From the NCBI GenBank assembly GCA_041690355.1, contig JAWLHK010000017.1:1-64000 (forward strand): DNA of 64,000 bases, given 5' to 3'. Below the pieces are notes generated by a model. The model had not been told where the DNA came from. It did not search any database and worked only from the letters and a program-made list of their open reading frames with translations. Source of the DNA: a bacterium. Its GTDB lineage: Bacteria > J088 > JAWLBW01. Numbering within the stretch: position 1 is the first letter of the stretch; the number at the start of each line of letters is the position of its first letter. Shown here one piece after another: positions 39,325 through 50,225 of the stretch. A program made the position numbers and the translations under genes.

Positions 39325-40371
39325 ATGACCCGCTCGACGCTCGACGACGTGAAGGAATATTACGGCCGGGTGCTGCAGTCGAAGAACGATCTGAAGACAA
39401 GCGCCTGCTGCACGGCAGAATCGTATCCGGCGGCGCTGCGCCCCATCCTTTCCGAGATTCACCCCGAGGTGCTCGATCGGTTCTACGGATGCGGGTCCCC
39501 GATTCCCCCTGCGCTGGAAGGGATGACGGTTCTCGACCTGGGGTCCGGCTCGGGACGCGACTGTTATCTCCTTTCGAGGCTCGTCGGTTCGCAGGGCAAG
39601 GTCATCGGGGTCGACATGACCGATGAACAGATTGCGATCGCGCGCCGTCATGTGAACTACCACACGGAAAAATTCGGGTTCGCGGCGCCGAATGTGGAAT
39701 TCCGTCAGGGATACATCGAGGACCTTGCCGCCGCCGGCATCGCGGATGGATCCGTGGACCTCGTCGTCTCGAACTGTGTGCTGAATCTGTCGCCGGACAA
39801 GGGGCGCGTGTTCGCCGAAATTTTCCGCGTGCTCAAGCCCGGGGGCGAGCTCTATTTCTCCGACGTCTTTGCGTCGCGCCGGGTGCCCGAGCCGCTGCAG
39901 AAGGATCCTGTGCTCCTGGGCGAATGCCTTGGCGGCGCGCTGTACGTGGAGGATTTCCGCCGGATGCTCGCCGGGATCGGGTGCGCCGATTATCGCGTCG
40001 TCTCGCAGTCGAAGATCGCCCTGCAGAGCCCCGAGATCGAAGCAAAAATCGGCATGATCGACTTTTCCTCGATTACCGTCCGCGCTTTCAAACTTGCGCT
40101 GGAAGACCGCTGTGAGGATTACGGGCAGGTCGCGACCTATCTGGGAACGATTGCGGAGCAGCCGCACGCGTTCGTGCTCGACGACCACCACCGCTTCGAG
40201 CGGGGGCGCCCGATGCCGGTCTGCGGGAATACGGCCGACATGCTCGCCCGCACGCGCTATGCGGAACACTTTCGCGTCGACGGCGACCGTTCCACGCATT
40301 TCGGACTGTTCCCCTGCGCCCCGGCGCTTCCTTCTGCTGCGGACACGGGCGCCGGCGGAGCGTGTTGCTGA
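39325..40371 (+). CDS. Arsenite methyltransferase-like (ArsM/AS3MT family)
   Basis: YYGRVL..DLKTSACC, FYGCGSP, LDLGSGSGRD, SNCVLNL, GECLGGA, EDRCEDYGQ, C-terminal ACC. Confidence 0.85.
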   Translation: MTRSTLDDVKEYYGRVLQSKNDLKTSACCTAESYPAALRPILSEIHPEVLDRFYGCGSPIPPALEGMTVLDLGSGSGRDCYLLSRLVGSQGKVIGVDMTDEQIAIARRHVNYHTEKFGFAAPNVEFRQGYIEDLAAAGIADGSVDLVVSNCVLNLSPDKGRVFAEIFRVLKPGGELYFSDVFASRRVPEPLQKDPVLLGECLGGALYVEDFRRMLAGIGCADYRVVSQSKIALQSPEIEAKIGMIDFSSITVRAFKLALEDRCEDYGQVATYLGTIAEQPHAFVLDDHHRFERGRPMPVCGNTADMLARTRYAEHFRVDGDRSTHFGLFPCAPALPSAADTGAGGACC

Positions 40372-40443
40372 CGAGGCCGTTGCGGGAACCGGAGGGGCGA
40401 ACCGGCTTGTCCATCCGCCCTTCACTCCGCTACGCTGATCGTC

Positions 40444-41568
40444 GTGCTGCTACGGAAAAGTCCGGGGCGGGAAATCGGGGGCAATCGGGTCCGGGTCTTT
40501 CGCGACGGCGATGAGACCTTTCCCGCCATGCTCGCCGCCATCCGTTCCGCGAATCACTACATCTGCCTCGAAACCTACATCCTGCGCGACGACGCGACGG
40601 GGTGGGAATTTGCCGCCGCGCTGGCCGACCGCGCACGGCACGGCGTCGAGGTGTCGGTCATGTACGACGGCTTCGGCTCCATGGGGCTGGGCGACAGCTA
40701 TATCGACTACCTGCGCGGCAACGGTGTGCGGCTGTGCGAGTACCATCCCGTGCTCCCCTGGCGGCGGGGGTTCGACCTGAACCGCCGCAACCATCGCAAG
40801 CAGCTCATCGTCGACGGCCGCCTTGGATTCGTCGGGGGGATCAACATCGGCGACGAGTACCGCACGCACGGCGATGAGAGCGCCTGGCGCGATACGCACA
40901 TGGAGATCGCGGGTCCCGCGGTCAAGCGCATGTTCCGCCTCTTCATGATCACCTGGCTCCGGCACGGCGGCGCTCCCCTGCATCGGGAGCGTTACGTCGT
41001 TCCCTCACGCAAGGCGGGCGAGACGCCGGTGCGCATCCTGGGGAACCGGCGGCACCGGGATCGGGGCGCCATCCAGCGGGCTTATCTGGAAGCGTTCCAG
41101 GCCGCGGAAGAAAAGATCCTCATCACGAACTCGTATTTCGTGCCGAACCGCGAGATCCGCAAGGCGCTTTCGGACGCGGCCCGGCGCGGCGTACGCGTTT
41201 GCCTGCTGCTCGCCGGCAAGACCGACGTCATGCTCGTGCAGCTGGCCAGCCGATCGTACTACGAGTTCCTGCTCGACAGCGGCATCGAGGTCTACGAGTG
41301 GGATCGCACGACGCTCCATGCGAAAACCGCCGTCGTGGATGACGACTGGGCGACGGTGGGCAGCTACAACCTGAACTGGCGCAGCCTCTTCCACAATCTG
41401 GAATGCAACGTCATCATGCGCGACCGCAGTGTGGCGGCCGATCTGGAGACGATGTTCTGGGACGACGTGGCGCAGTCGCGGCTGGTCGATACCGCGTTCC
41501 TTCGCTCCCTCTCGCACCCCGTCACGCTGGCCGGCGAGTTGGCGGCAAGACTCCGCTACTGGATCTGA
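40444..41568 (+). CDS. clsB: Cardiolipin synthase B-type phospholipase D
   Basis: Two HKD motifs (NHRKQLIVD, HAKTAVVD), WRDTH; no N-terminal TMs. Confidence 0.82.
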   Translation: MLLRKSPGREIGGNRVRVFRDGDETFPAMLAAIRSANHYICLETYILRDDATGWEFAAALADRARHGVEVSVMYDGFGSMGLGDSYIDYLRGNGVRLCEYHPVLPWRRGFDLNRRNHRKQLIVDGRLGFVGGINIGDEYRTHGDESAWRDTHMEIAGPAVKRMFRLFMITWLRHGGAPLHRERYVVPSRKAGETPVRILGNRRHRDRGAIQRAYLEAFQAAEEKILITNSYFVPNREIRKALSDAARRGVRVCLLLAGKTDVMLVQLASRSYYEFLLDSGIEVYEWDRTTLHAKTAVVDDDWATVGSYNLNWRSLFHNLECNVIMRDRSVAADLETMFWDDVAQSRLVDTAFLRSLSHPVTLAGELAARLRYWI

Positions 41569-41571
41569 GTC

Positions 41572-41681
41572 TCAGGTGAGCGGATCCCAGAGCTGCAGCT
41601 CCGGCGGATGAGCATCCGCAGCCCGGGATGTTGCGGCTGAGAGGCGTAGATGATGATGTTGCTGTCGAGCAGCAGAGTCAG
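41572..41681 (-). pseudogene. Internally deleted PIN (VapC) toxin
   Basis: N-terminus TLLLDSNIIIYASQPQH in one frame; C-terminus PELQLWDPLT* in another, only about 110 bp in total. Confidence 0.7.
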
Positions 41682-41905
41682 CGCTCCGGGAGCTTTCGTT
41701 CCAGGCGCTGCTCACGCTGCCATGCCGCCGGGTCCTGCACGGAGGATACGTTCGAGCCTGCAAGGCGTTCCAGTGCCTCGGCCATTCGGACTCCATCCGA
41801 TTCCGTTGTGAACGTCAACTCGACTTCGACGCCGCTGCAATCAGGAGGTGTGTCAATCCAGCGCAGTCGGTCACCTTCGAGTATGGCCCTGTAGGAGCGC
41901 TTCAT
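41678..41905 (-). CDS. Antitoxin-like small protein
   Basis: YRAILEGDRLRW...DPAAWQREQRLERKLP, typical of VapB-type partners; directly upstream of the PIN remnant. Confidence 0.7.
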   Translation of the reverse strand: MKRSYRAILEGDRLRWIDTPPDCSGVEVELTFTTESDGVRMAEALERLAGSNVSSVQDPAAWQREQRLERKLPER

Positions 41906-42058
41906 ACCGACATTCTAGCAAAAAGAAGCGCTGCCTCGACAAGATTTCCAAAGGGTCCGATCGGAGAGGGAGGCGTGGGACCCTGCATGGTACACTCTAC
42001 CGATTCAATACGTGGGGTACCGGCGCCGTCACTGGCCCTGCGGGGAAAAGAGTTTGCC

Positions 42059-43084
42059 ATGCACGCCATTCTGCTCGAAGAAACCGGGGGGCGCGAGAAG
42101 CTCCAGTACAAGGAAGTGCCCACGCCGAAACCGGGGCCCCACGAAGTGCTGCTCAAGGTGCACGCCTGCGCCGTCTGCTACCGCGACATCATCGATCGCG
42201 TCGGCCGGTTCCCCTTCATTCAGCTGCCGACTGTGCTCGGGCATGAGTTCGCCGGCGAGGTCGTCGAGGTCGGTTCGGGCGTGACCCTGCTGCAGAAGGG
42301 GGATCACGCCGTGAACCTGCACCGCCGCCACTGCGGCCAGTGCGGGCGCTGTCTCGCGGGGCGCACGATGCACTGCGAGAACGCCTTTGACTTTTTCGGG
42401 GTCACGGCTTGGGGCGGCTATGCGGAATACGTGGCGCTGCACGAGACGGCGCTCGTGAAGGCGCCGAAGAGCATTCCCCTCGACGTCGCCTCGACGCTCA
42501 TGTGCACCGCCGGCACGGCGCTGCAGGGGATGCGCGGCCGCGGCCAGCTGCAGGCGGGCGAGAAGGTCCTCATTACGGGAGCCAGCGGCGGTGTCGGCAT
42601 GGCCGCCATTCAGATCGCCCGCATCATGGGCGCCTACGTGGTCGCCGTCAGCGGTTCGCCGCAGAAGGAAGCTATGCTGCGCGAAGCGGGGGCGCATGAT
42701 GTCGTCGTGAGCGCCGACAACCGGTTCCACCCCGAAGTCCTGCGCCGCTATCCGTCGGGGATGGACATGGCGTTCGATACGGTCGGCGCGCCCACGTTCA
42801 ACAGCAGCCTGCGCAGTCTGCGCGCCGACGGCCGCGTCGTGCAGGTGGGTAACATCACGGGTGAGCATCTGGATGTGAATCCGGGACTCGTCGTGGTCAA
42901 AGCGCTCAGCATCCACGGCTCCGACGGCGCGACGCCGCAGGACATGCTCGACCTTTTCGGCTGGGTCGAGCGCGGCGAATACAAGGCATACATCCAGGAG
43001 ACGATGTCGCTCCGGGACGCCGCTGAGGCGCACCGCAAGCTCGAAGAGCGGCAGGTCACGGGCCGCATCGTCCTGAAGCCCTGA
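42059..43084 (+). CDS. Zinc-dependent alcohol dehydrogenase (MDR family)
   Basis: VCYRD, GHEFAG, CGQCGRC..C, TGASGGVG, GRIVL. Confidence 0.92.
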   Translation: MHAILLEETGGREKLQYKEVPTPKPGPHEVLLKVHACAVCYRDIIDRVGRFPFIQLPTVLGHEFAGEVVEVGSGVTLLQKGDHAVNLHRRHCGQCGRCLAGRTMHCENAFDFFGVTAWGGYAEYVALHETALVKAPKSIPLDVASTLMCTAGTALQGMRGRGQLQAGEKVLITGASGGVGMAAIQIARIMGAYVVAVSGSPQKEAMLREAGAHDVVVSADNRFHPEVLRRYPSGMDMAFDTVGAPTFNSSLRSLRADGRVVQVGNITGEHLDVNPGLVVVKALSIHGSDGATPQDMLDLFGWVERGEYKAYIQETMSLRDAAEAHRKLEERQVTGRIVLKP

Positions 43085-43113
43085 CGGCTTCGCGGGCGGA
43101 AGGGGAGTCGAAC

Positions 43114-44331
43114 GTGCGCCTTTTTCTGCTCGCGCTGCTCTACGTCAACCAGGGGCTCCCTGCCGGATTCTTTCTGCAGGCGCTTCCCGTGCTCCTGCGC
43201 CAGCAGGGTTCATCGGCGAAGCTGGTGGGCGCGCTCTCGCTGCTGGCTGCGCCGTGGATGCTCAAGGCGCTCTGGGCGCCGTGGGTCGACCGCACGGGGT
43301 CGCCGCGCTTCGGGCGCCGCAAGAGCTGGATCGTTCCGCTGCAGATCGCCCTCACGCTGCTGCTGGTCGCGCTGGCGTGGACGACGCTGCCGCCGCTGCT
43401 GTTCGCCGGCGTATTCCTCGTGAACCTCGTCGTCGCCACTGCGGATATCGCCGTGGACGGGCTCGCGGTCGAGACGCTCTCTGCGGAAGATCGCGCGACG
43501 GGGAATGCGCTCCAGGCCGGCGGCTACAAGATCGGCATGCTGATCGGCGGGGGCCTGCTCCCCGGACTGTTCCTCGGCGCCCACGCCGCCGACGGGTGGA
43601 CGCCGGCGCTGCTCGCCATCGCGGCGTGCACGGTTCCCCCCATGCTCGCCGCCTGGTTCTTCCCCGAGCGGGCCGCGCCGGCTCCAGAAGCGGAACCGGT
43701 GGAAAAATCCTCGCTCCGTGGAGCGTTCGTCGCCGTCTTTGCGGCCATTACCGCGGCCGGCTGGTTCGTCGCCTTCGCGGTCTTCTCGAAATTCGGCGAC
43801 AGCCTGGGCACCAGCATGTTCCGTGTGTTTCTGGTGGACGAGGGGTGGGGCGCCGATCGCATCGCGTGGACCATCGGCACGGTGGGGCTGGTGACGAGCA
43901 TTCTCGGTTCGTTCGTGATGATCCTTCCGCTTCGCCGGTGGAGCCGCACGGCGGCTTTCGCGCTCGCGACCGGATTCCAGGCGCTCTTTCTCGGGCTCGT
44001 GGGCGTCGGCGCGTCCCTGGGCTGGCAGGGAGACGTGTGGGTGAGCCTGCTGGCGCTCGAGCACTTCGCGAGCGGCATGGTGACGACGGCCCTGTTCACG
44101 ATTCTCATGGACCGCACGTCGCTGCGCGCCGCCGGCACCGGCTTCACGGTGCTCAGCATGCTGACCACCGTCGGCATGGGGCTCGGCAGCTTCGGTGGGG
44201 GCGCGCTCGTCGACGCCGTCGGCCACGCCCCCACGTTCCTCCTCGGTTCGCTGCTGACCCTCGCGCCGGCGTGGCTGCTCATGATGCACGGGCGGAAAGC
44301 TTCGGCCGGCGCTGAAGCCGCCGTGTCGTGA
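43114..44331 (+). CDS. MFS transporter, AmpG/RhtX family
   Basis: LYVNQGLPAGF, PWMLKALWAPWVD, GRRKSW, ATADIAVDGLA. Confidence 0.88.
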   Translation: MRLFLLALLYVNQGLPAGFFLQALPVLLRQQGSSAKLVGALSLLAAPWMLKALWAPWVDRTGSPRFGRRKSWIVPLQIALTLLLVALAWTTLPPLLFAGVFLVNLVVATADIAVDGLAVETLSAEDRATGNALQAGGYKIGMLIGGGLLPGLFLGAHAADGWTPALLAIAACTVPPMLAAWFFPERAAPAPEAEPVEKSSLRGAFVAVFAAITAAGWFVAFAVFSKFGDSLGTSMFRVFLVDEGWGADRIAWTIGTVGLVTSILGSFVMILPLRRWSRTAAFALATGFQALFLGLVGVGASLGWQGDVWVSLLALEHFASGMVTTALFTILMDRTSLRAAGTGFTVLSMLTTVGMGLGSFGGGALVDAVGHAPTFLLGSLLTLAPAWLLMMHGRKASAGAEAAVS

Positions 44332-44357
44332 TGCCGAAGGCTGGTCCTTGCCTGCTC

Positions 44358-44392
44358 GACCATTGACCATTGACCATTGAGCATTGACCATT
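44358..44392. repeat. Heptamer tandem array (GACCATT)x5
   Basis: gaccatt gaccatt gaccatt gagcatt gaccatt. Confidence 0.9.
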
Positions 44393-44590
44393 GCGCGGCG
44401 CCTCTGGAACCTTGCGGTGCAGCCGTGATTTGCCGTAGCCTTAAAGGAAGCTTATGCCGCGCATGGTTCTTGCCATTCGCGGGCGCGCCTGAGTACCGGG
44501 CGAGCCCGCTCCGTTTCCTGAAACGGCGTTCCGCATTATTTAACGCATGCGGAATGGACACTCGCGTTTTGTCTTTCGGCAAGGTTCACC

Positions 44591-45640
44591 ATGCAATCCA
44601 ACTGGTTCGAGCGCCTCGGGGGCACGCCCGCCCTGGCGCAGTTTCTGTCTGCTGAAGAAATTCCTCTCCCGGCCGTCGCCCGCGTCGTCGCCGACACCCG
44701 TGAACACTATCAACTGGTCGACTCCGCCGGGCGCGAGTGGCCGGCCGTGCCCGCCGGCCGGCTGCGCAAGGGTACGCTCCCGGTGACCGGCGACTGGGTC
44801 CGCTTCGAATCCTCAGAAGGGCTCGCCCGGATCCTCGAAGTGCTTCCGCGTCACGGTGTTCTCCAGCGCTCTGCGGTGGGAACGTCGGGTGCGGCCCAGG
44901 TTCTCGCCGCGAATCTTGATACGGTCTACATCTGCCTGGCGCTCGACCGCGACGTGCGCGAGAGCGTCGCGCTGCGCTTCGTGACCGCCGTGCGGGCGTG
45001 TGGAATCGAGGCCGCGATCCTGCTGACCAAGGCGGATCTGCATCCGGATCCCGCCGAGGTCGTCGCCGCGCTGAGCGCCGCATTGCCGGACGTTTCCATC
45101 CGGGCGGTGAGCGCCATGGGGGGAAGGGGAATCGAAAAGCTACGTGCCGAAGTCACGAACGGATGCACGGTGGCGTTCGTCGGGCCCTCGGGCGCCGGCA
45201 AGTCGAGCCTCGTGAACGCATGGATCGGCGAGGTGCAGCAGGAGGTCGGTGAGGTGCGCGCGGGAGATGCGAAGGGACGCCACACGACGACCGCTCGGCA
45301 GCTGCATATCCTCCCGCACAGCGGCTTGCTTCTCGATACGCCGGGCGTACGTGAATTCGGCCTCTCCTCCGATACCGAAGCGGTGGCCGGCTCGTTTTCT
45401 GACATCGAGGATCTTTCGGCGGAGTGCCGCTTCCGCGACTGCGCGCACGAAGGGGAACCCGGATGTGCCGTTCGCCGCGCGGTCGACGAGGGGACGCTGG
45501 CGGCGGAGCGGTATGAGGCGTGGCAGAAGCTCATGCGGGAATCGGCCTTCCGCGAAAAGCAGCAGAGCATGACCGCCGCGGCCATCGAGAAGGCGCGGTG
45601 GAAAAGCGTGCACAAGCGCAAGCGGGACCTGGACGAGTGA
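44591..45640 (+). CDS. rsgA: Ribosome small subunit-dependent GTPase A
   Basis: PVTGDWV, LTKADL, GPSGAGKSS, GRHTTT, DTPGVRE, CRFRDCAHEGEPGC. Confidence 0.93.
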   Translation: MQSNWFERLGGTPALAQFLSAEEIPLPAVARVVADTREHYQLVDSAGREWPAVPAGRLRKGTLPVTGDWVRFESSEGLARILEVLPRHGVLQRSAVGTSGAAQVLAANLDTVYICLALDRDVRESVALRFVTAVRACGIEAAILLTKADLHPDPAEVVAALSAALPDVSIRAVSAMGGRGIEKLRAEVTNGCTVAFVGPSGAGKSSLVNAWIGEVQQEVGEVRAGDAKGRHTTTARQLHILPHSGLLLDTPGVREFGLSSDTEAVAGSFSDIEDLSAECRFRDCAHEGEPGCAVRRAVDEGTLAAERYEAWQKLMRESAFREKQQSMTAAAIEKARWKSVHKRKRDLDE

Positions 45641-45659
45641 CGAGTGACGAGTTACGAGT
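45632..45659. repeat. Heptamer tandem array (GACGAGT)x4 starting in the last rsgA codons
   Basis: gacgagt gacgagt gacgagt tacgagt. Confidence 0.85.
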
Positions 45660-45684
45660 TCCGGCAGGGCAATAGAACTACCTT

Positions 45685-45812
45685 CCCGTTCGTCCCGAGC
45701 TGACGGCGGGAACGGAGTGGACGTGACAGCGAGGGAGGCGCCCGGGTATCCACGTGCCTGTCTCGCTGTCGGTTCAGGCGCTGCCTTCAACCGTCAGCTC
45801 GACACGAACGGG
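45685..45812. repeat. REP/REPIN-like palindromic element, complete copy
   Basis: Outer arms CCCGTTCGTCCCGAGCTGACGG / CCGTCAGCTCGACACGAACGGG; inner arms GACAGCGAG / CTCGCTGTC; related copies at 59808, 63772, 63875. Confidence 0.85.
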
Positions 45813-45881
45813 GTTCCGGTGTGCCCAGGGACAAGGATTGACGACTGACGCCCGGGTGTCCGCCTGCTAAAATATCCCTCT

Positions 45882-47510
45882 ATGCTTCGACACATTTCTG
45901 CCCTGATTCTCGCCGTGCTGGCGCTCACCGCCGCCTGTTCCACCGAGCCCGTCGTCACCGTTTCGGACGAGCCGAGGGCGACCGTTCCCGAGATGGTTCC
46001 CCCACCGGGCGTTCACGATCCGTCCAGCTATCGCCAGCGCGTCTTCTACGAGCTGTGGGTGCGCAGCTTTCAGGACAGCGACGGCGACGGCGTCGGTGAC
46101 TTCAAGGGGCTTACGTCACGCCTCGACGAACTTGCGGATCTCGGCGTGGGCGGCGTGTGGCTCATGCCCCATTTCCCCTCGCCGTTGGCCGATTCCGGAT
46201 ATGACGTCGCCGACTACACCGCCGTGCACCCGGATTACGGCACGATGGCCGATTTCGAGGAATTCGTTGCCGAGGCCCACAAGCGGAACATTCTGGTGTA
46301 CGCCGACATGGTCTTCAACCACACGAGCGATCAGCACGTCTGGTTCCAGGACGTTCTCGACAACGGACAGGCGAGCTCCTTCTTCGAGTACTACGTGTGG
46401 AGCCCGACGCCCGCCACGCGCTGCGTCGATCTGCTTGCCGGCCCTTTCGGCGACGTGCGCTGGACGAAGAACGACGACATCGGCCTCTACTACCTGCATC
46501 AGTTCTATCCGCGCCAGCCCGACCTGAATTTCGAGAGCCCGGTCATGCAGGAGGCCTTGCTCGACGTGCTTCGCTTCTGGATGGACAAAGGGGTCGACGG
46601 ATTCCGCTTCGACGTCCCCGATCGCTATTTCGAGGAAGGCGACCTGTGTTCCCGCTCGCACAAGACCGTCGAGTTCCACGGCCGGCTGCGCGAAGTCATC
46701 AGCGGCGGCATCGGCAAGCTCGATCGCGGCTGGGTCGGCGAGATCTGGGGTTTGAACGCGGATACGAGCCGCTTCTTCGGTCCGGCCGGCGACCCGATGA
46801 TCTTCAACTTCAACATGCTCTACACGATGTATCTCGCGGCCGGCGTCGGTTCGACCGCGAAGCCGGTGGCGAATCAGGTGCGCGCCATGCTCGCCGATCT
46901 TCCGGAAGAAAGCCGCTGGGGGCTTTTCCTCGGGAACCACGATACGCCGCGCTTCTCAGAGACGGCAGCGGGGAACATTGCGCGCCAGAAGCTGGCGGCG
47001 ACGACGATTCTCACGCTCCCGGGCGTGCCGTGGATCTGGATGGGCGACGAGCTGGGGCTGCGCCAGCTGCAGCGCGGCTTCAAGGTCGATTGGCGCGACG
47101 GCACCCGCACGCCGATGCCGTGGGAGGGGGGCGTCGACGGCCTCGGCTTCAGCACGGCAACCCCGCACCTACCCTTTGCGCCGGGAAGTGAGGCGCAGGC
47201 CTGGAACCTCCAGCGCAAGGATCCCGAGAGCCTGCTCAATCATTACCGGCGCGTGATTGCGGTGCGCAACGCCAACCCGGCTCTGCAGGACGGCAGCTAC
47301 GAGGCGCTCGTCGTCGAAGACGCGCGCTATGTCTACCGGCGCGCGGCCGGCGGGAACGAGGTCTTCGTCGTGCACAACTACGGACGCGAGAAGCCCGTCA
47401 CGTGGACGCCGCCCACGGCCACCGAGGATCTTCTTACCGGAGTCCGGTTCGCGAAGGGCGAAGAGGTGCCCGTGCCTCCCAGCGCGAGCCGGTTGCTGCG
47501 CCGTCTGTAA
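45882..47510 (+). CDS. GH13 alpha-amylase-family glycosidase, lipoprotein
   Basis: LTAAC lipobox; SFQDSDGDGVGD, GYDVADY, VFNHTS, GVDGFRFD, GE, NHD. Confidence 0.92.
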   Translation: MLRHISALILAVLALTAACSTEPVVTVSDEPRATVPEMVPPPGVHDPSSYRQRVFYELWVRSFQDSDGDGVGDFKGLTSRLDELADLGVGGVWLMPHFPSPLADSGYDVADYTAVHPDYGTMADFEEFVAEAHKRNILVYADMVFNHTSDQHVWFQDVLDNGQASSFFEYYVWSPTPATRCVDLLAGPFGDVRWTKNDDIGLYYLHQFYPRQPDLNFESPVMQEALLDVLRFWMDKGVDGFRFDVPDRYFEEGDLCSRSHKTVEFHGRLREVISGGIGKLDRGWVGEIWGLNADTSRFFGPAGDPMIFNFNMLYTMYLAAGVGSTAKPVANQVRAMLADLPEESRWGLFLGNHDTPRFSETAAGNIARQKLAATTILTLPGVPWIWMGDELGLRQLQRGFKVDWRDGTRTPMPWEGGVDGLGFSTATPHLPFAPGSEAQAWNLQRKDPESLLNHYRRVIAVRNANPALQDGSYEALVVEDARYVYRRAAGGNEVFVVHNYGREKPVTWTPPTATEDLLTGVRFAKGEEVPVPPSASRLLRRL

Positions 47511-47560
47511 TTGGGGAGGGGGCCCATGGCCGCTTCGTCCCCGAGGCGGAACGGCATAAC

Positions 47561-48935
<1,375 letters not shown>

Positions 48936-48955
48936 GGCCAATCGGGTACAATGTT

Positions 48956-48993
48956 GACTCGCACGTTCGACGCGGACGTGCGAGTCTTTTTTT
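48956..48993 (+). terminator. Intrinsic terminator between metY and metX
   Basis: GACTCGCACGT-loop-ACGTGCGAGTC-TTTTTTT. Confidence 0.8.
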
Positions 48994-49013
48994 GCCCGCA
49001 ATTCAGATACCCC

Positions 49014-50171
49014 GTGACGGATTCCCAACGACCCGCTTACACGCCGCGCGGCGCCCGACGCGGCAGGCTGACCTTCTACGACGAGGTCCACAGCAAAGTG
49101 TACACGGTGGCCGAGCGGTTCCCTCTGCAGAGCGGCGCCGTGCTCGAACGTCCGCAACTGGTCTATGAAACCTGGGGTACTTTGAACGCCGCGCGCGACA
49201 ACGCGGTGCTCATCTGCCATGCGTTCACGGGCTCGTCGCATGCCGCGTCCCACCACCCTGACGACGGCGAGGGCTGGTGGGAGACCATGTTCGGTCCCGG
49301 GTGCGCCTTCGATCCGGACCGCTGGTTCATCATCTGCGCCAACGTGCTCGGCGGTTGTTACGGTTCCACCGGCCCGGTAAGTCCCGACCCGCAGACCGGG
49401 CGGCCGTATGGCGCGAAGTTCCCCGTGCTGACCATCGGCGATATGGTCGAGGCTCAGCACCGGCTTGTTCGCCATCTGGGTGTCGAGCGGCTGCGTGGCG
49501 TCATCGGCGGATCAATGGGGGGAATGCAGGCGCTGCTCTATTCCGCACGCTACCCCGATTTCGTTTCGGCCTGTCTGCCCATCGCCGCCGCCGATCGCCT
49601 GAGCCCCGACGGTATCGCCTATCACGCCGTAGGGCGCAAGGCGATCATGACCGATCCAGGGTGGAACGAGGGGAACTACGATCCGCTCGATCCCCCGCGC
49701 ACCGGATTGACGATCGCCCGCCAGCTGGCGCATATCACCTATCTCAACCACGAGGCGATGGAGCGCAAGTTCGAGCGCCATCGCGCGGGCGAAGGTGGCG
49801 TCGGCTACGGCTGGGCGCCCGAGTTCGAGGTCGAGCGCTATCTGGACCACCAGGGCGAAATCTTTGCCGACCGCTTCGATCCCAACAGCTACCTTTATCT
49901 CTCGCGCGCCATGGACTACTTCGACCTGGGCGAGACCGAACCGCTGGAGGAGGTGCTTGCGCGGATTCGCGCGCGCCTGCTCGTCGTGAGCTACCTGACC
50001 GACGGCTTTTTTCCCCTCGATGACATGCGGCGCCTGGTGCGTGCCCTGAAGCGCGCCGGCGTCGATACGACGAGCGTGGAGTTGCCGAGCCCCAACGGAC
50101 ACGATACTTTTCTCACCGACACCGACGTCATCGGCCCGCTGGTCCGCGACTTCCTCCGCAACACACCTTAG
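49014..50171 (+). CDS. metX: Homoserine O-acetyltransferase (start uncertain; GTG 49014 preferred)
   Basis: YETWGTLN, CHAFTG, GGCYGSTGP, GGSMGGMQ, GHDTFL. Confidence 0.92.
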   Translation: MTDSQRPAYTPRGARRGRLTFYDEVHSKVYTVAERFPLQSGAVLERPQLVYETWGTLNAARDNAVLICHAFTGSSHAASHHPDDGEGWWETMFGPGCAFDPDRWFIICANVLGGCYGSTGPVSPDPQTGRPYGAKFPVLTIGDMVEAQHRLVRHLGVERLRGVIGGSMGGMQALLYSARYPDFVSACLPIAAADRLSPDGIAYHAVGRKAIMTDPGWNEGNYDPLDPPRTGLTIARQLAHITYLNHEAMERKFERHRAGEGGVGYGWAPEFEVERYLDHQGEIFADRFDPNSYLYLSRAMDYFDLGETEPLEEVLARIRARLLVVSYLTDGFFPLDDMRRLVRALKRAGVDTTSVELPSPNGHDTFLTDTDVIGPLVRDFLRNTP

Positions 50172-50175
50172 AGGA

Positions 50176-50207
50176 ATGGCAGATGGCAGATTGCAGATGG
50201 CAAATGG
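50176..50207. repeat. Heptamer tandem array (ATGGCAG)x4.5 between metX and metW
   Basis: atggcag atggcag attgcag atggcaa atgg. Confidence 0.85.
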
Positions 50208-50225
50208 GGCGATGCTGAGGGCTGG

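Noticed and set aside
38107-40425. Apparent 772-aa nitroreductase fusion
   Set aside because: The N-terminal part is the antisense of the ArsM-like gene; the real start is TTG 39096 with a GAGGAGG RBS
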